Shown piece after piece: positions 60,980 to 64,000 of a stretch of 64,000 bases of DNA. The translations under genes and the position numbers were made by a program. Within the stretch, counting starts at the first letter, position 1; each line of letters starts with the position of its first letter. The notes under the pieces are model-generated. The model did no database searches. It was not told the origin of the DNA and saw nothing but the letters and a program-made list of their open reading frames with translations. Source of the stretch: Acaryochloridaceae cyanobacterium VAR_48_metabat_390 (lineage in GTDB: Bacteria > Cyanobacteriota > Cyanobacteriia > Thermosynechococcales > Thermosynechococcaceae); assembly GCA_031422435.1 (NCBI GenBank), contig JANPLU010000112.1, positions 32,001-96,000 on the forward strand, written 5' to 3'.

Positions 60980-61013
60980 GAAATTTTTAACCTCTACCCA
61001 ACTGCTTCAACTC

Positions 61014-61973
61014 ATGTCAATGCTTCGATACGACTGGACAACTGCCGAAATTCTTGACCTGCTCAATCTGCCGCTACTGGATCTGGTCTATCAAGCACAA
61101 ACCATTCACCGTCAACATTGGCAGGGCACAGATATTCAGCTTGCAACCCTCTTGAGCGTTAAGACCGGAGGCTGTGCCGAAAATTGTGGCTACTGCTCTC
61201 AATCTGCTCATCACCCCACAGCAGTAAAGCCAGAGCCATTCAAAACCGTTGATGAAGTTCTGACGGCAGCCCAAAAAGCAAAGGAGCTTGGCTCAGATCG
61301 ATTTTGCATGGGCTGGGCATGGCGTGAAATTACAGATGGCAAGCAGTTTAACGCCATGTTAGAGATGGTCAAGGGCGTGCGACAACTGGGTATGGAAGCC
61401 TGCGTAACGGCAGGAATGCTAACGCCCCCTCAAGCCGAGCGCTTAGCGGATGCGGGGCTAACGGCGTACAACCACAACCTTGATACCAGCCCCGAATACT
61501 ACGGTCGAATTGTGAGTACGCGGAGTTATGGCGATCGCCTCCAAACCCTCACGCACGTCCGCAATGCAGGCATCACCGTCTGCTGCGGCGGCATCATCGG
61601 CATGGGTGAGCAGCTTGAGGATCGCGCCCGAATGCTAGAGATTTTGGCAACACTCAACCCTCATCCTGAAAGCGTGCCGATTAATGCGCTGATGCCCATC
61701 CCAGGGACGCCGCTGGCAGACCAAAGCAATGTGGAGTCCTTCGACCTAGTACGCATGTGCGCAACGGCTCGGATTGTGATGCCTAAAGCGCGCGTTCGCC
61801 TGAGTGCAGGACGCAGCCACCTCACGCCAGAAGCGCAGGTGCTGTGTTTTCTAGCTGGAGTGAACTCGATTTTCTATGGGGAGACGCTGCTGACAGCAGA
61901 AAACCCTGAACCAGACTGTGATCGGCAATTATTAGAGACGATTGGTGTTTTGAAAGCAGCCCAGTTTGCCTGA
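61014..61973 (+). CDS. bioB: Biotin synthase
   Basis: [25 protein letters not shown] and VRLSAGR motifs. Confidence 0.97.
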   Translation: MSMLRYDWTTAEILDLLNLPLLDLVYQAQTIHRQHWQGTDIQLATLLSVKTGGCAENCGYCSQSAHHPTAVKPEPFKTVDEVLTAAQKAKELGSDRFCMGWAWREITDGKQFNAMLEMVKGVRQLGMEACVTAGMLTPPQAERLADAGLTAYNHNLDTSPEYYGRIVSTRSYGDRLQTLTHVRNAGITVCCGGIIGMGEQLEDRARMLEILATLNPHPESVPINALMPIPGTPLADQSNVESFDLVRMCATARIVMPKARVRLSAGRSHLTPEAQVLCFLAGVNSIFYGETLLTAENPEPDCDRQLLETIGVLKAAQFA

Positions 61974-62034
61974 TTTAAGTTTTGTAATGGTTTAAGAAAC
62001 CGTGATTTTAGGCTAATTGTGATGAGAGTTTTTC

Positions 62035-62808
62035 TTAGAACATATCGGGATTATCAAGCTGGGCTTGGTCAAGATTTGTCATTTCCCAGTCAACTCCCAC
62101 CAGCTTTGCGTGCCGTAAGCTGCTTCGAGATAAATTTGCGCCGCGAAAGCGAGTGTGGATGAGCGCTGCGCCCTGTAGGTTTGCTCGATACAAGTTCGCC
62201 CAGGCAAAATTAGTTGCGGATAAATCAGCTTCAATGAATGTTGTGTTAACTAGATAGGCTCGGCATAAATTGGCTTCTCGTAGGCTTGCTTGGCTTAAAT
62301 CAGCCCCATACATCTGAGCGCTAATGAGAATGGCACGATATAAGGTGCTGTAACAAAGTACGGCTCTACATAAATTGGCTTCGGTTAAGTCGGCATTGCT
62401 AAGGTTGCTGCGGCTCATCTGCACACCATCTAGGTTAGCCTGCCTCAGATTTGCATTCCGAAAGTTAGTACCAATGAGGTTCGCCTTATGCAGATCTGCC
62501 TGTACAAGATGGGCTTCTTGTAGGTTAGCGCCAATCAGATTGGCATGGGTGAAGTCTGCCTTCTTGAGCATTGCGCCGGATAGATTGGCGATCGCCAAGT
62601 TAGCCCCCTCGCAATTCGCCTCCTGAAGATTCGCCCTTACCAGATTGGCATTGCTTAGAATTGCGCCTTTAAAGTTAGCCTGACTGAGATTAACCTCGGC
62701 TAAATCAGCATGGCTGAGGTCTGGGGCGAGGTGAGGATGCTGCGATCGCCAGTGGTTCCAACGCCAAACGCCTGAATGCAGCGTTTTTAGATGGTCTAAA
62801 TTCGCCAT
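62035..62808 (-). CDS. Pentapeptide repeat protein
   Basis: Continuous A(D/N)Lxx repeats. Confidence 0.92.
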   Translation of the reverse strand: MANLDHLKTLHSGVWRWNHWRSQHPHLAPDLSHADLAEVNLSQANFKGAILSNANLVRANLQEANCEGANLAIANLSGAMLKKADFTHANLIGANLQEAHLVQADLHKANLIGTNFRNANLRQANLDGVQMSRSNLSNADLTEANLCRAVLCYSTLYRAILISAQMYGADLSQASLREANLCRAYLVNTTFIEADLSATNFAWANLYRANLQGAALIHTRFRGANLSRSSLRHAKLVGVDWEMTNLDQAQLDNPDMF

Positions 62809-63461
62809 TATTCTTTTGCTTGCCTGGGCTGAATCAGATCGGGGTGTGCCCGTCCTGGCGTATTTTCCATCGCGCTTACGACAGCTCTCATCGCCGCCAT
62901 AATGTCCTGCTCTGCTCCACCGAGATAGAGCCGACCGAAGGAGCCAACGGCCTGCACTTCCAAAATATTAATAAACGCCGCTTTTTCTGCCTCATTGGCA
63001 GCAAGGGCAGAATAGGCCGCAGGCTGCACTTCCATCACATAGAGCGACTGTCCTGCCAAGAGCATCTGCCCTCTTGCCATGCGGTTAATAAGCTGGGCTT
63101 GGTGGGCGTCAATATTGCGAATCACCTGACTCGAAACCACGTTGGGCTTCAGGCAATCTTGCCGCTGTACGCCCAGAGCCTCTAGGATGGCGCGGGAGGC
63201 GGCTTGCACATCGGCTTGGCTGCTGGCGTGAACCTCCATGAGTCCAAACAAGCGCTCTACAAACTGAACTGCGGGTCGAACCGCTGCGGATTTTAAAGCC
63301 ACATCCATGATGCGGTTGATTTCAATACCAGGAGAAATTTCAATCCAGAGAGACGTATCTCCTGGCAATGGCAAAAAGCCAGAGGCGACGGTTCCCATGT
63401 AGGCGGCATGTTGCGGTTGCAGGCTATCTAAGTAAACGTAGCTTCGTAATTCAATGCCCAA
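62808..63461 (-). CDS. ccmP: Carboxysome BMC-T shell protein CcmP
   Basis: [30 protein letters not shown] and [13 protein letters not shown] start after a GAGGGAG RBS. Confidence 0.88.
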   Translation of the reverse strand: MGIELRSYVYLDSLQPQHAAYMGTVASGFLPLPGDTSLWIEISPGIEINRIMDVALKSAAVRPAVQFVERLFGLMEVHASSQADVQAASRAILEALGVQRQDCLKPNVVSSQVIRNIDAHQAQLINRMARGQMLLAGQSLYVMEVQPAAYSALAANEAEKAAFINILEVQAVGSFGRLYLGGAEQDIMAAMRAVVSAMENTPGRAHPDLIQPRQAKE

Positions 63462-63651
63462 ATGTCGTTCTCCCTCGCGCCACACATTACAGCCTGCAAC
63501 CATTGAGTTTACCCTGTGGCTGTACCCCGATGCGACTGTTTTGGAGCTTATTATGTAGCGACGAAGGGCGTTACACCCGCCTAAAACGTGAGACTTTCTT
63601 GTTTAAGAAAGATGCGCTAAAACGCTTTGAGAGGGGAGTCTCATGCTAGAT

Positions 63652-63745
63652 TACTGAAGCTTAACGTCGGGAAAGTCCGGTGAAAGTCCGGCGCTGTGCC
63701 GCAACTGTAAGGGAATTATTCCTAAGTCAGAATGCCGATGAAGAG
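63652..63745 (+). ncRNA. Cobalamin riboswitch
   Basis: GGGAAAGTCCGGTGAAAGTCCGGCGCTGTGCCGCAACTGTAA...AAGTCAGAATGCC core upstream of a cob gene. Confidence 0.9.
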
Positions 63746-63808
63746 GGCGTTGCTTAAATGCCATTCATTATTTTCTATTCTCTGCGCCGCACAGGGAAGG
63801 AGCCTTAA

Positions 63809-64000
63809 TTGTTTTCTGACGTTACTATCCCTACCACCTGTCCAGGTTTGTTTTGCCCTACGCCTGCCCAGGATGGCATCTTGTCTCGCATTCGGATCCC
63901 TGGCGGTCTTTTGAATGGTCAACAGTGTGAGGCGATCGCCACCCTCGCTACCCAGTTCTGCAACGGCTTTGTCCAAGTTACTAACCGCGCTAACCTCCAA
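63809..64000 (+). CDS. cobG: Precorrin-3B synthase, 5' part (runs off the window)
   Basis: TTG after AAGGAG; TCPGLFCPTPAQDGILSRIRIPGG...VTNRANLQ. Confidence 0.8.
   Translation, partial: MFSDVTIPTTCPGLFCPTPAQDGILSRIRIPGGLLNGQQCEAIATLATQFCNGFVQVTNRANLQ

Overview
Chromosomal window from a cyanobacterium (psbB, psbT, psbM, chlB, ccmP, cyAbrB, many HIP1 GCGATCGC sites). Most of it is housekeeping: folE, aroE, glnB, acnB, cobQ, tyrA, nei, leuC, a GH57 hydrolase, spp, cynS, hemE, bioA, bioB, the start of cobG behind a cobalamin riboswitch, tRNA-Ala(CGC) and tRNA-Val(GAC). A tightly coupled five-gene arsM-arsS-GT2-DedA-flavoprotein reductase operon at 6.6-11.6 kb resembles an extended arsenosugar pathway. 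Three accessory islets stand out. (1) After tRNA-Val: an integrase stub, a fused attC-like site and an AT-rich ORF with an HEPN-like motif. (2) At 36.0-38.1 kb: decayed toxin-antitoxin and xisHI genes bracketed by two diverged copies of one gene tail. (3) Between bioA and bioB: a brnTA module with an attC-like site and flanking direct repeats, a GloVer-repeat gene split at a C8 tract, a LuxR remnant and hicAB. Also present are a CPA1 antiporter pseudogene with three frameshifts and a strongly structured region upstream of hemE. No CRISPR array, rRNA, intact transposase or intact integrase was seen. All family assignments come from motif recognition by eye; no database search was run.
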